This document shows positions 11,376 to 24,039 of a DNA stretch of 64,000 nucleotides, in pieces; positions within the stretch are counted from its first letter, which is position 1, and the number at the start of each line of letters is the position of its first letter. The stretch spans positions 64,916,001 to 64,980,000 of the forward strand of contig NC_086097.1 in the NCBI RefSeq assembly GCF_963921235.1, in the 5' to 3' direction. The notes beneath the pieces were generated by a model. It saw only the letters and a program-made list of their open reading frames with translations, was not told the origin of the DNA and did no database searches. This DNA is from Mobula hypostoma (lineage: Eukaryota). Made by a program: the position numbers and the translations under genes.

Positions 11376-11776
11376 TGTAAGGGGGTATTCTGGAGTTAGG
11401 GTATATAGCAAATATTAACTTCTGCAACCAATCTTCAGACCTGAACATGGATTGTAGGTTAAATTTTAAATGCAGCCCTGAACCATAGTTTCCTGGACCT
11501 GTTAATTGAAAACCAGACAATGATGATTATCAAGTATTTTTCAGTGCCTGGAATGTGGGTGTGAGGAAGGAGGTGTGAAAATTATATGTAAGTCAAAGGA
11601 AGCATTGTAGATACATTGTAATTATAGAATTGTCCTTTGACCTTCAGTATATAAAATGTCATGTACTATTGGCCAGACAGGCCTCTTCCTCCAAGAGTGT
11701 CTCATCTTGTTGAATAAAATACTTCTGTATCCATTAGTTTCAGTGTCTCTGCAGTAACTTTGTCCACATTACCAGA
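11376..11776 (+). repeat. 3' LTR
   Basis: TGTAAGG...TTACCAGA; shares blocks such as TATAGCAAATATTAACTTC, AAAGGAAGCATTGTAGATACATTGTAA and CAGGCCTCTTCCTCCAAGAGTGT with the 5' LTR. Confidence 0.88.
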
Positions 11777-14700
11777 CTAGTTAATTTAATCACTAGTTAA
11801 TTTAATAATAGCGCGATGCAAGTATCTTCTTCGTCCTGCTACTGGTGTCCCAGCTTACATGTGGCTTATGTTGCATATAGCCATTTGTTATGGGCATTTT
11901 AAATTGCGATTTGAAGACTGGAGCTGCATATTTTGAAAAAAATTCTAATAACAGCCAAATACACAACTTTTTAAACTTGGGAAATGTATTAGCTTGAATA
12001 TTAACAAAATAGCAGTTCTGTTAATTCTTGAAATCAGAATAATAATGGCATCTTCTGAAAGAAAGCAGATTTGTTAATCATGCTGTCTACAACGTGATTT
12101 TGCAACTTTTCCAACTCATGCTTTGTTTGCAATTTGTGTTCAAGTTTATTTCCCCCTATAGCTCACTCATGATAACTTACTTTGTGACAAGAAAACTGTA
12201 GTCACTATTTTCTATGACCATAATGTGCATAACTGCCAACCTCCTTTGATACAGAGCCCCTCAAATGCAATTTGATTAGCATTTCAGCAAAGCAATTTCA
12301 TGCCAGTTTGTCTTTGAATTTATTTCATCTGTTGCATTGATGACATCATAAAATACAATGTAGATTGATAATCATAATAAGTGGTCACAGCAAGTTGCCA
12401 AGCAACAGTTCAATTGAGCAGCTCTTATGATATCGGCAAAGTCACTTCACTCTCATTACATTATATGAACTATTAAATTATAGCCTTATTACTCACTCCA
12501 ATCATTCATAATTCCATACTTCTCAAAGTTCACTTTTGACTTTTAGTACCATTATGTAGCAAGCTTGCAGAGTGCATTAGAAGCAATGTAGCATGGTTTA
12601 AAACATGATAAAGATGATAATGTTAAAGAATCGATGGTCTGCAGCATTACAAAATGACACAAGGCTTCAGCTTCCAAGTCATAGTGCGGAAATTATAGTC
12701 ATCTTCCCTTCCAGTTCTCTGCCAAAAACTCTGAGTCTATTACTTGGAAGTACAGACTGGTGAGCATCACAAATATTAGCATTCAGTTTAGATTTGTTCT
12801 AATTAGGATCCTTAACAATTACTTTTGCTTTAATTATTGTGAATTTTCATGATGTATGATAAAGGATTTTTACCTCACAATAAAATAATCAACTTTATTT
12901 ATCCTGTATCCTCTTTCACTGACGTACTTATGATATTGTTATATTTTCAACAACTCTGCCTTAGCTTATTGTCTTAAATTTGCAGAGGATGTGAGTAGGT
13001 CACTAAGAAATACTATAAGTAGCTATGACACGTTTTCTCTGTGCTTTCTGCCTAACTTCTGCTGTAATTCCAAAGGATAATTGTGAAAGTCACCAATAAA
13101 TTTATTTATAAATTACTAATCCAATCTACCTTGAGCAAATTTTGATAAGGATCTATAATTCTTTAAGCTATGTCTGGATATCTTCCCCCTCCATCTGAAG
13201 TACGTTACAAAGCTTCAGTTTCCATCGTTAAAAAATAAGAGTATTCTTGATTTCCCACCAAAGGTACAGAAGAATCCACATATGACTACAGAGCTTGAAT
13301 TAACAGACTGTGTATCAGGAAAGATTAATTATTCTGAAACTTCACACCCTTATGAGAAAGATGTGGGATGGAGGAGGTTGTTACTTGAAATATATAACAC
13401 TGTCAGAACTAGAATGAAAATGGATCAGAATTCTTAGACCAGTCTAAAATTTGAGCCTTAGGGAATAGTATCTAAATTTGTGAACATGATAAGAGTGCTG
13501 ACGTAGGAAATGCCAATGTTTTAATTTCAAATGGAATGAATATGATGAATTCCTATTTGTAATATTAAGAGAATTATTGTAACAAGGCAACTCTAGGGAG
13601 ACTGAATGAGTAAGCTGTATGGACCAGTTATGATCTCATGCCCAAACATTAATATCCCCATGTTTAAGGTATAATTAAATGAGGGCAAAAATGCTAAAAT
13701 GGAATATAACATCTTACAGTATAATTTAAGAAAGGCAAAGTATCTATCTTTTTTATTGATGACTTTGAAAATTGTGTATTAGTATACACTCAACATTTTA
13801 TAGCAGAGTTCTGAGGCTGCTGTTCCGGAAAAAAATGTAAATAGGATTGCTACAAGAAAGGAGCCAATACCAGTTACTGTGAATAATAATCATTCTTGAA
13901 TATCTGAACATTTATTTCCCATAGCTTACATCTTATACGCGGTGAATAAATTGGGGACACCAATGCAAGGTCTTGATCAAATTATGTAGTAAGCACCATA
14001 ATAAAGCTATAATCACAGCCTTTATTCCATTCCTTACTATACATAGATGCAATTGATGAATTTTATAATTCTCATTTTTTATCTTAATGCCAAAAGACAA
14101 ACAAAAGAAGGAATGAAGATCCACATTGCCAGAGGGCCCCTATCTCCTGATCATGCAAGGAGACAAATCTCAGGTTTCTTGGTTCAGTACTTCATAGTTC
14201 CTAAATTTTTCGTACAATACAGTTGTGATAATTCTTTAAATCAAATAGTCTCCCTGTGCTTCGTTCTGGGGTTAATGGCTTCTAAAATGAATTATGTGAG
14301 CCTGTAGAATTACAAGAAGCAAGAAGTCAATCAAGGTGGGGGAGAGCTGAGAAAGGAGATTATGAACTCAGATTTTTACGACTCTGCTAAGATTTATCCA
14401 CATGTTTGAGATAATTAGATCTGATCACTTTCATTTCAACCATCAACTAACTGACTGTTAGGACAGAACTCCAAAAGTCAAAACAATTAAAAATTCCAAT
14501 GATTTATGATGACAAAAAATTTCTGATTTCTCCTTCATTAGCACAAAAGGTAACCATTGCTAGTATATCTGATCTGTTTGACAAGTACAGGTTTTTTGTT
14601 AAATGAGTTTCAACAAGGCTGGTTAGCACTTCATGCACAGCATTCTGTATAGAACAGAGATGTCACTGACTGCACTAAAATAGCAGTTATTCTGCTATGG

Positions 14701-17066
14701 AGGCATCTTATCCAACCCTTTCTTTAGTTTGATGTCAGTAAATAAGGAGAAGAATTAATACATCTCCATCGCTTTAAATAGGCTGCTACACCATCACCTG
14801 CAGCTTTTTTATTGGTAACAGTGCAATGGTCAACAATAAAAGAAAAAAAACAAGGGTCAAGTTAGATGGCCCTTAAGAGGGAAATTAAAATTTTTAAAAT
14901 GTTGAAATAATAAAGAGAAATCAGCAAATGTCTATATCAGCCATTGGCCCAGTCTGCTGCATAAAGCCGAAGCACAATTAGTCATACACCTACAGTAATT
15001 TCCTAATGCTATACAAAATCTCATCTGAAATCAGAAATTGCTATCTCTAAACATTTATTCCACCAAATGCTAGTTAATTGCTGTAACGGTCATTACATAA
15101 TGAATAATTTTCACTCAGAAAAAGAAAGAAGGGAACATTTTCTCTTTTTATTCTGCCGGGAAGCTCTATTCACTGAATGTTGAATGCACAGCGTTTCACT
15201 GAAACATTTTATTATGCTGAGAGGTCAAGTATTACACAGCATCTTGTATTACGCTTTGCATGCTAAGTATTTCACTTCGCCAATTGACCCTTCGGCGTAC
15301 TTGCTATACAACCGGCTAAAATGCCGGACAATTAGCAATACTTTTGTTACCGGTTAACAAACAGAACTGTCAAGGCAAATGATTGCATTTACAGTACTTT
15401 CTTCACAAAATTGCTGATTGACAGCTCAAATCCACATGGCACCAACAGGTATAAAGAGCTTCCTACAAACAATCTTTGAATGTTCATAAACAGTATTCCA
15501 CCATTTTTGATTTTGAAGTTAAAAGACCAACTGTATATTTTATCCAATTAAAAGCATTTGAAGAAAAATAAGGCGAGTCCTTAGAAAAATAAGGTGCCAG
15601 TATATTTGCAGTTTTACTTATAACTGTGATTAGCTGTGGCTTTGGTTCAAACTTTATTATAGGGTTTTATTAAAAGGAAAATCGTATTTATCTGGTGGGT
15701 TGTTTTAAACTTCCTAGTACAGGAATGTATGTTTATCATTCACAATAATAGAATCTTTAAACACTCCACTATAATGTTGTTAATAACATTGTATAAAGGT
15801 GTTTAAAATTTTACAACTTATCAAGTTCTGAGCTGCCTTTTATCTATTCTGAAGATTCTCCCACCTGCCTGTTTGCTGAGTAATATTTTTATTACAATAT
15901 ACTTGGCCTAGTAAGGGGCATATTTTGTCCAATGTTTGAAAAAGGTAATTTTACTTTGCTCTAAGTTATCAAACTAATCAAGCTTACACAATTCTCAAAG
16001 ATCAAAAACAAAAGATATGGAAAATAGCCTGCAGGCTTTGCTACAAGATCTCTAGGTAATTCATTAACGGTATAATTAGCATCAACTAAATGTACTATAA
16101 CATCGTCAAAAAATACAATGTAAATGTTTCAATTAAACAGTAAATTTATATTTACATATGAATAATAATAAGTTATTGTTATATGCAAATGATAGCTATT
16201 TTCAATTGGATAGATTTCAGGAATGGGTAGAAGACCTCAATGCAGACACAACAGATTTTTTTCACATCAGACTCCATTTAAACAATGAAAGGGGGCAGCA
16301 TTGTATAATACACTTGTCCAAGTGCAATTTGAATATAAATGAGTAATTCTGTTAATTGAAAAGAAATTCCAAAACCCAAATCACATTAGATACATACATT
16401 GTACGCATGATTAGTAAGTTATTAAGTTAAACTATAAGTTTTAATTGAGTGGCATTTTTCTTTTCAATTGTGCATTTCATTTTCTGAAGGTGTTATGCAT
16501 CACTACTCATATTCTGCATTCTGTTGGATCTGGTTGGTTTGCCAGGTACTCTAAACATTGGCTATTCATTAAAATACTACCAGAGAATGATAAATAAAAA
16601 CAAAATGCAGTAAAAACATTTTACATTAAAGCTGAAAAATTTCTCTCCAACTAAAAGCATGCTAAAATACAGCAATGTCATTAATATAATTTAATTACCA
16701 TTACACCTGACTTTCTCAATAAATGACTACATTTCTGATAAATAGGCACTCAATTAACATGTATCAAGTACATTAAGCTGAGAAAATCATTAAGACCAGT
16801 GTGTCTGCACACCACATAGTTTTATTGCCTATCCTTATTACAAAAAATCTTGTGATTATCCAAAAAGTATTCACATATGTTTGTTTGTTTTTTCACATCC
16901 ATAATTATAATCAGAAAAAAATGATTTTAATTAACAATATGACAATTTTGTAAGACTGCTTAAAATATTTCACATGTTCACAACCATACTTACAATTGGA
17001 AAAGCTAAAAGGATTTGACGCACACCATTAAAACTGCAGCCTCAGAATCTGCTCCAGCCATTTATT

Positions 17067-20000
17067 TAGAAACATAGAAACATAGAAAATAGGTGCAGGA
17101 GTAGGCCATTCGGCCCTTTGAGCCTGCACCGCCATTTATTATGATTATGGCTGATCATCCAACTCAGAACCCCGCCCCAGCCTTCCCTCCATACCCCCTG
17201 ACCCCTGTAGCCACAAGGGCCATATCTAACTCCCTCTTAAACATAGCCAATGAACTGGCCTCAACAGTTTGCTGTGGCAGAGAATTCCACAGATTCACCA
17301 CTCTCTGTGTGAAGAAGTTTTTCCTAATCTCAGTCCTAAAAGGCTTCCCCTCTATCCTCAAACTGTGACCCCTCATTCTGGACTTCCCCAACATCGGGAA
17401 CAATCTTCCTGCATCTAGCCTGTCCAATCCCTTTAGGATCTTATACGTTTCAATCAGATCCCCCCTCAATCTTCTAAATTCCAACGAGTACAAGCCCAGT
17501 TCATCCAGTCTTTCTTCATATGAAAGTCCTGCCATCCCAAGAATCAATCTGGTGAACCTTCTTTGTACTCCCTCTATGGCAAAGATGTCTTTCCTCAGAT
17601 TAGGGGACCAAAACTGCACACAATACTCCAGGTGTGGTCTCACCAAGACCTTGTACAACTGCAGTAGTACCTCCCTGCTCCTGTACTCGAATCCTCTCGC
17701 TATGAATGCCAGCATACCATTCGCCTTTTTCACCGCCTGCTGTACCTGCATGCTCACTTTCAATGACTGGTGTATAATGACACCCAGGTCTCGTTGCACC
17801 TCCCCTTTTCCTAATCGGCCACCATTCAGATAATAATCTGTTTTCCTATTTTTGCCACCAAAGTGGATAACTTCACATTTATCCACATTAAATTGCATCT
17901 GCCATGAGTTTGCCCACTCACCCAACCTATCCAAGTCACCCTGCATCCTCTTAGCATCCTCCTCACTGCTAACACTGCCGCCCAGCTTCGTGTCATCCGC
18001 AAACTTGGAGATGCTGCATTTAATTCCCTCATCCAAGTCATTAATATATATTGTAAACAACTGGGGTCCCAGCACTGAGCCTTGCGGTACCCCACTAGTC
18101 ACCACCTGCCATTCTGAAAAGGTCCCGTTTATTCCCACTCTTTGCTTCCTGTCTGCTAACTAATTCTCCACCCACACCAATACCTTACCCCCAATACCGT
18201 GTGCTTTAAGTTTGCACACTAATCTCCTGTGTGGGACCTTGTCAAAAGCCTTTTGAAAATCCAAATATACCACATCCACTGGTTCTCCCCTATCCACTCT
18301 ACTAGTTACATTCTCAAAAAATTCTATGAGATTCGTCAGACATGATTTTCCTTTCACAAATCCATGCTGACTTTGTCCAATCATTTCTCCGCTTTCCAAA
18401 TGTGCTGTTATCACATCCTTGATAACTGACTCCAGCAGTTTCCCCACCACCGACGTTAGGCTAACCGGTCTATAATTCCCCGGTTTCTCTCTCCCTCCTT
18501 TTTTAAAAATTGGGGTTACATTAGCCACCCTCCAATCCTCAGGAACTAGTCCAGAATCTAACGAGTTTTGAAAAATTATCACTAATGCATCCACTATTTC
18601 TTGGGCTACTTCCTTAAGCACTCTAGGATGCAGACCATCTGGCCCTGGGGATTTATCTGCCTTCAATCCCTTCAATTTACCTAACACCACTTCCCTACTA
18701 ACATGTATTTCACTCAGTTCCTCCATCTCACTGGACTCTCTGTCCCTTACTATTTCTGGAAGATTATTTATGTCCTACTTAGTGAAGACAGAACCAAAGT
18801 AATTATTCAATTGGTCTGCCATGTCCTTGCTCCCCATAATCAATTCACCTGTTTCTGTCTGCAGGGGACCTACATTTGTCTTTACCAGTCTTTTCCTTTT
18901 TACATATCTATAAAAGCTTTTACAGTCCGTTTTTATGTTCTCTGCCAGTTTTCTCTCATAATCTTTTTTCCCCTTCCTAATTAAGCCCTTTGTCCTCCTC
19001 TGCTGAACTCTGAATTTCTCCCAGTCCTCAGGTGAGCCACTTTCTCTGGCTAATTTGTATGCTACTTCTTTGGAATTGATACTATCCCTAATTTCTCTTG
19101 TCAGCCACGGGTGCACTACCTTCCTTGATTTATTCTTTTGCCAAACTGGGATGAACAATTGTTGTAGTTCATCCATGCAACCTATAAATGCTTGCCATTG
19201 CATATCCACCGTCAATCCTTTAAGTGTCATTTGCCAGTCTATCTTAGCTAATTCACGTCTCATACCTTCAAAGTTACCCCTCTTTAAGTTCAGAACCTTT
19301 GTTTCTGAATTAACTATGTCACTCTCCATATTAATGAAGAATTCCACCATATTATGGTCACTCTTACCCAAGGGGCCTCTCACGACAAGATCGCTAATTA
19401 ACCCTTCCTCATTGCTCAAAACCCAGTCAAGAATAGCCTGCTCTCTAGTTGGTTCCTCGACATGTTGGTTCAAAAAACCATCCCGCATACATTCCAAGAA
19501 ATCCTCTTCCTCAGCACCTTTACCAATTTGGTTCACCCAGTCTACATGCAGATTGAAGTCACCCATTATAACTGCTGTTCCTCTATTGCACACATTTCTA
19601 ATTTCCTGTTTAATACCATCTCCGACCTCACTACTACTGTTAGGTGGTCTGTACACAACTCCCACCAGCGTCTTCTGCCCCTTAGTGTTACGCAGCTCTA
19701 CCCATATCGATTCCACATCTTCCCGGCTTATGTCCTTCCTTTCTATTGCGTTAATCTCTTCTTTAACCAGCAACGCCACCCCACCTCCCCTTCCTTCATG
19801 TCTATCCCTCCTGAATATTGAATATCCCTGAACGTTGAGCTCCCATCCCTGGTCACCCTGGAGCCATGTCTCTGTGATCCCAACTATATCATAATCATTA
19901 ATAACAACCTGCACTTTCAATTCATCCACCTTATTACGAATGCTCCTTGCATTGACACATAAAGCCTTCAGGCGCTCTTTTACAACTCTCTTAGCCCTTG

Positions 20001-20137
20001 TACAATTATGTTGAAAAGTGGCCCTTTTTAATGCTTGCCCTGGATTTGTCGGCCTGCCACTTTTACTTTTCTCCTTTGTACTTTTTGCTTCTATGCTCAC
20101 TTTACACCCCTCTGTCTCTCTGCACTGGTTCCCGTCC
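17067..20137 (-). mobile_element. Young CR1-clade LINE with near-intact ORF2 (APE endonuclease + RT), truncated at the ORF1/ORF2 junction
   Basis: ORFs 18775-20139, 18160-18726 and 17164-18138 are all in one frame, separated only by TAG codons at 18777-18775 and 18162-18160. NARS, GITETWL, GDFN, SDH and FADD motifs are present; (TAGAAACA)n tail at 17067-17089. Confidence 0.97.
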
Positions 20138-22459
20138 ATTGTGTGATATGTGTAACTAAAGGAATACTTCGATCCTATTTCAAAAAATGTGTGCCAAAGT
20201 CAGGCTTGGAACATGTTTCTGCACCCTGACTGCTTAATTTTAATTGGAATCATCATTAATTCATCCAGCTCACAAGTAAGTTTAGAAGAATGAATTTTGT
20301 GTTTTTTTCCATAGTGAAGATAAAGCAGTCATATATATTCAAATTATTATGATTTTTAAGAATAGTTTAATATTTCATAAATGAAACTGTAAAATCTTAG
20401 AAAAACAAATGACTACTGCTATATTGACTTAGTGACAGAGAGATCAGAAAAATTCTTCTTTACATAGCACCATAGTAAATTTCATGTCCATATTAACAAG
20501 GATTTTGCTTTTGCTTCATATAAAATAATATTATTAAAGTATCACTTGGTTAATGAAGTTAGGTGTTATTGTAGTGTTTGAATTATTGATCTGAATGGAC
20601 GAGTGTTACCAAAATGTCAAACTTATACTTTACTGGTAAGGTGTAAATATATGTAAGTTCACTGTTACACGTAGGAAATACAATTACAATTAGACTACTG
20701 TTTCTCTGAATAAATAATACTGTGAAAACTACATTACTACTAGAAGTGAAAATGTATATTTGTCAAAATAATTAACAGTGGTTAAAGTATAACAAAATAT
20801 TTTTAGGGTTCATGTTTTCATCAAGTTCATTTTTTTCACTCTGTTCCTGTTGCATATTCAAATTTTTTAAAAGTTGTTAATTAATATGAAAATACATGGC
20901 CATAGACCTATAAGCTGTTAAGGCTATGCAATACCTCAGTATTAAATTTAAATGTTTTCCTAAAATAACATTCAGTACTCTTGGAGGATCTAATAGGCAG
21001 GAACTTTAAAATTTGCCCCCCCATTGCAATAATTGACCTGGCATTCATTCCTTCATTGGAAAACGGTAGTTCTTTTGAAACTTTCATAGTTTGAATCTAT
21101 TTCAGAAGGTCGGAAGTGCTTTGGAATATCTGAAATAGGTAAAAGAACATTTACTAGCTATCACTTTCTTTGCATATAGGTCCAATCTTACAATTTCTTA
21201 AATTTCATATTGTGTGCTATGTTTAGTTTTATTCTTGCAGTGTAAACAATTGTACTTGTTTTTTTATTTCTGAGGCAGTGCATTTGCTTAGTTTGCAGGA
21301 ATCACTATTGTAAAGAACAGTAGATTATGCTTGTTGGAACTTTATGCTGATGTGTATTGTATCCAAGTACCAACATAGTGTTGCCACCCCTTCATCCTAC
21401 ACTTGTGCATCGATCTTTTCAATTACAACAGTAGATCGTCAGACCTTTAAGAATTTGTGAAGTAACTAATGGCGAGACTATCAATGTTTACTCTTATGGG
21501 GACGGAATAGTAACACAGCTTCTGGAGTACTAACATGCACAACTAATTATTGAACTGCCTCGGGTGTCATCCTGTTACCTATATGGGGCTTCTCCACAGA
21601 GGATACCGTTGCATTTGTCACCAACAGTGAGATAATAAAACCAGACAAACTTGCTGACAAAATTGGCCACTACTTCCCAATTAAGAATGATGGAAAAATC
21701 TTAGGCCCGACATATTCAAAGAGCAAAAGCTTTAAATGACATGATAAAGTATAACAGCTATACCTCTGGCACTGAACAAACAATTTAATAAGTATGCATT
21801 CTTCTTTTCTCAAAAAATAGTATGGATTGTTTTTCTTTCATCTTTCATCCCAATTTATGTATGCACTATACATATGAACAAGCATTTGGGAGAGCAGTGG
21901 TACAGATTTGCCAGCTGCTGCAGAGTTATGGGCATCATCAGCCACGTGGGAACTCAGTTCCCGACCACATTTCTGACCTAAAAACAAGTTACATTACAAA
22001 CAGTTCACAGGAAAAGAACCATGGGAAGGACCTGTATCTCTTTTCCTTAATCCAACTCTACTGACGATAGTAATCTTGCTTTCTATCACATGTCCTAATT
22101 TGTATTTCCCATTGTGAACAATGTGCCTAGAAATTGTTATATGCTTTAAAAGGTAACACTGATCTGAGGTTCCATGCTAGTTTTATGCATTTACCGAGAT
22201 TGTACACGTTAATTGTAAAAACAAAGTGCTCAATTTTTGCCTATATTTTATAAAACATGATTAATCCTGAACTTAGGGTGCCAGATTTACCGGTTATAAA
22301 TCATAATACCAAGATTACTGGAAATTTGAAATAAAGCAGAAACTGCTGGTCAGGCCAATAGGTTCGATTCAACAGATCGGGAAACATTTATTAATAGACC
22401 AAGGGTTAATACTTGGTTAATGACCTTATGACTGGATAAAAGGTCACCAGCTTGCCACA

Positions 22460-22629
22460 AACATGAGTGATTCTACAGACGCTGGTAATCTTGAGCAACA
22501 CACACAAAATGCTGGAGAAACATCAGGACTGGTCACAATGAAGGGTCTCATCACGAAATTTCGATTCTTTATTCCCCTCCATAGATACTGTCTGACTTGC
22601 TAAGTTCCTCCAGCATTTTGTGTGTGTTG
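22460..22629. mobile_element. Second palindromic Penelope-like short element
   Basis: Perfect 22-bp inverted repeat CAACACACACAAAATGCTGGAG (22496-22517 / 22608-22629) enclosing a decayed hammerhead-like segment. Confidence 0.7.
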
Positions 22630-24039
22630 ATCAGATACTCTGACCTCTTAAACATTTTCAGTACTTTATGTTTAGATTTTTATTTCATTTCATACTGAAA
22701 CGTTAAGATGACGTCGAAGGAACATATACTAAAATTTGAGTTAGCTGCATCAAGGTAATGCTTTCAGTTAGCAGTGTGATCAGTAGGTATGGTTATTGTC
22801 AATAGTCCTATTCTGTAAAAAGCTATCCACTCAATGCTCCTTCTTGGAATAATGCAGGAATTCTAGAATGCCACACAATGAATGCATTATTTCTGTTTCC
22901 TGGATTAGAGGTACTTATGTGTGCAATGATCTTCCTTTGATCAGACGCCACCTGAGATAGCAGTTTTTTTCTCTCTGCAAATACCACAGGATTAACGTGA
23001 AGAAGCTTGATACCTGCATGGTGCCACGTACAACTCCTTATACTTGAGAGAACCCTGTAGTGCATCATTAAAGTGATATATCCTGTGTACACGAGACTGC
23101 TTTTATTTAGGGAATGTGAGGAAAGTAATAGTGCTTCTCTGATACAGTATGTCCATGCACTGTCGACCTACTCATTGTATAGTTTTCCTTCAATAACTTG
23201 AAATAGTACAATGGCATAAAAGCTTCATGCTGTGGTCATCTTTACTTGGATAAAAATATCTCACATTGATTTATATGTTGTCCTCAAGTCACGGTGAAGC
23301 AGAGTGCTGTGAACAGTTTTGCAGAACAGAGTTGCTGGAAGAAGATCTTCCCAAATGTGTTAAATTGCATTTGGAGAGCTCTATTAAAGTAAATGTGCAT
23401 CACTTAATGTTACTCAGCCTAATCACTGTTCCCAAGAAAAGTTTGATTTGATTCTCTGAATATTCTACAGTACCTGCTAGACCTGTGGTCATACTGCTGA
23501 AAAATCTATTTAGGAAACAGTAGGCTTGATGACAGAATTTCTAGCCAAGAAGAGATATGGAGCTATGCAGAAAATACACAAGGACTCAGAAGCAAACCTT
23601 ATCACAGAGTTTCTTCAAAGCACTGTGACAAATGAATAGCAATCAATAGTAAATCTAAGAGTGGTGCTCTGCAGCAGTTTAAAGTTTTAACTGATTAACT
23701 TAATTATTGGAAAGGGACAACCCCAGCTATTTCCTGAACAATTTATTTTGACTATTGAGGATTGGATTTCTTTATTCATATTCTGGCTCTGAGTATTGCT
23801 AGCAAGACCAATATTTATTGTGTTTGCCTGATTTCCATAGAGAAGGTGAAGGTGGTATTCAGCCAGCATTTTGAACCACTGTAGTACTTCTAGTGGTGGT
23901 ACTCTCACTAAGAGTATCAAGGCCTCACTCTCTTAAGTCTGTAAGGTGGCTGATGTGTAATCACCACCCCACTTCACAGAAATCAAGTGCTTCCACTCCA
24001 CAATAGTAAGTTCAGGGTCTTCATGGTCCCAGTGGAAAA

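Larger units (their letters stand above)
7934..11776 (+). mobile_element. LTR retroelement (ERV-like), non-autonomous, about 3.8 kb
   Basis: Two diverged ~0.4 kb direct repeats (7934-8349; 11376-11776), each starting TG and containing a TATA-like motif and AATAAA. PBS-like TGGGCACTCCTCCAGGAT at 8352-8369; purine tract immediately before 11376. Confidence 0.88.

Noticed and set aside
19055..19831. 258-aa plus-strand ORF
   Set aside because: Antisense shadow of the CR1 endonuclease coding sequence; no independent protein features.
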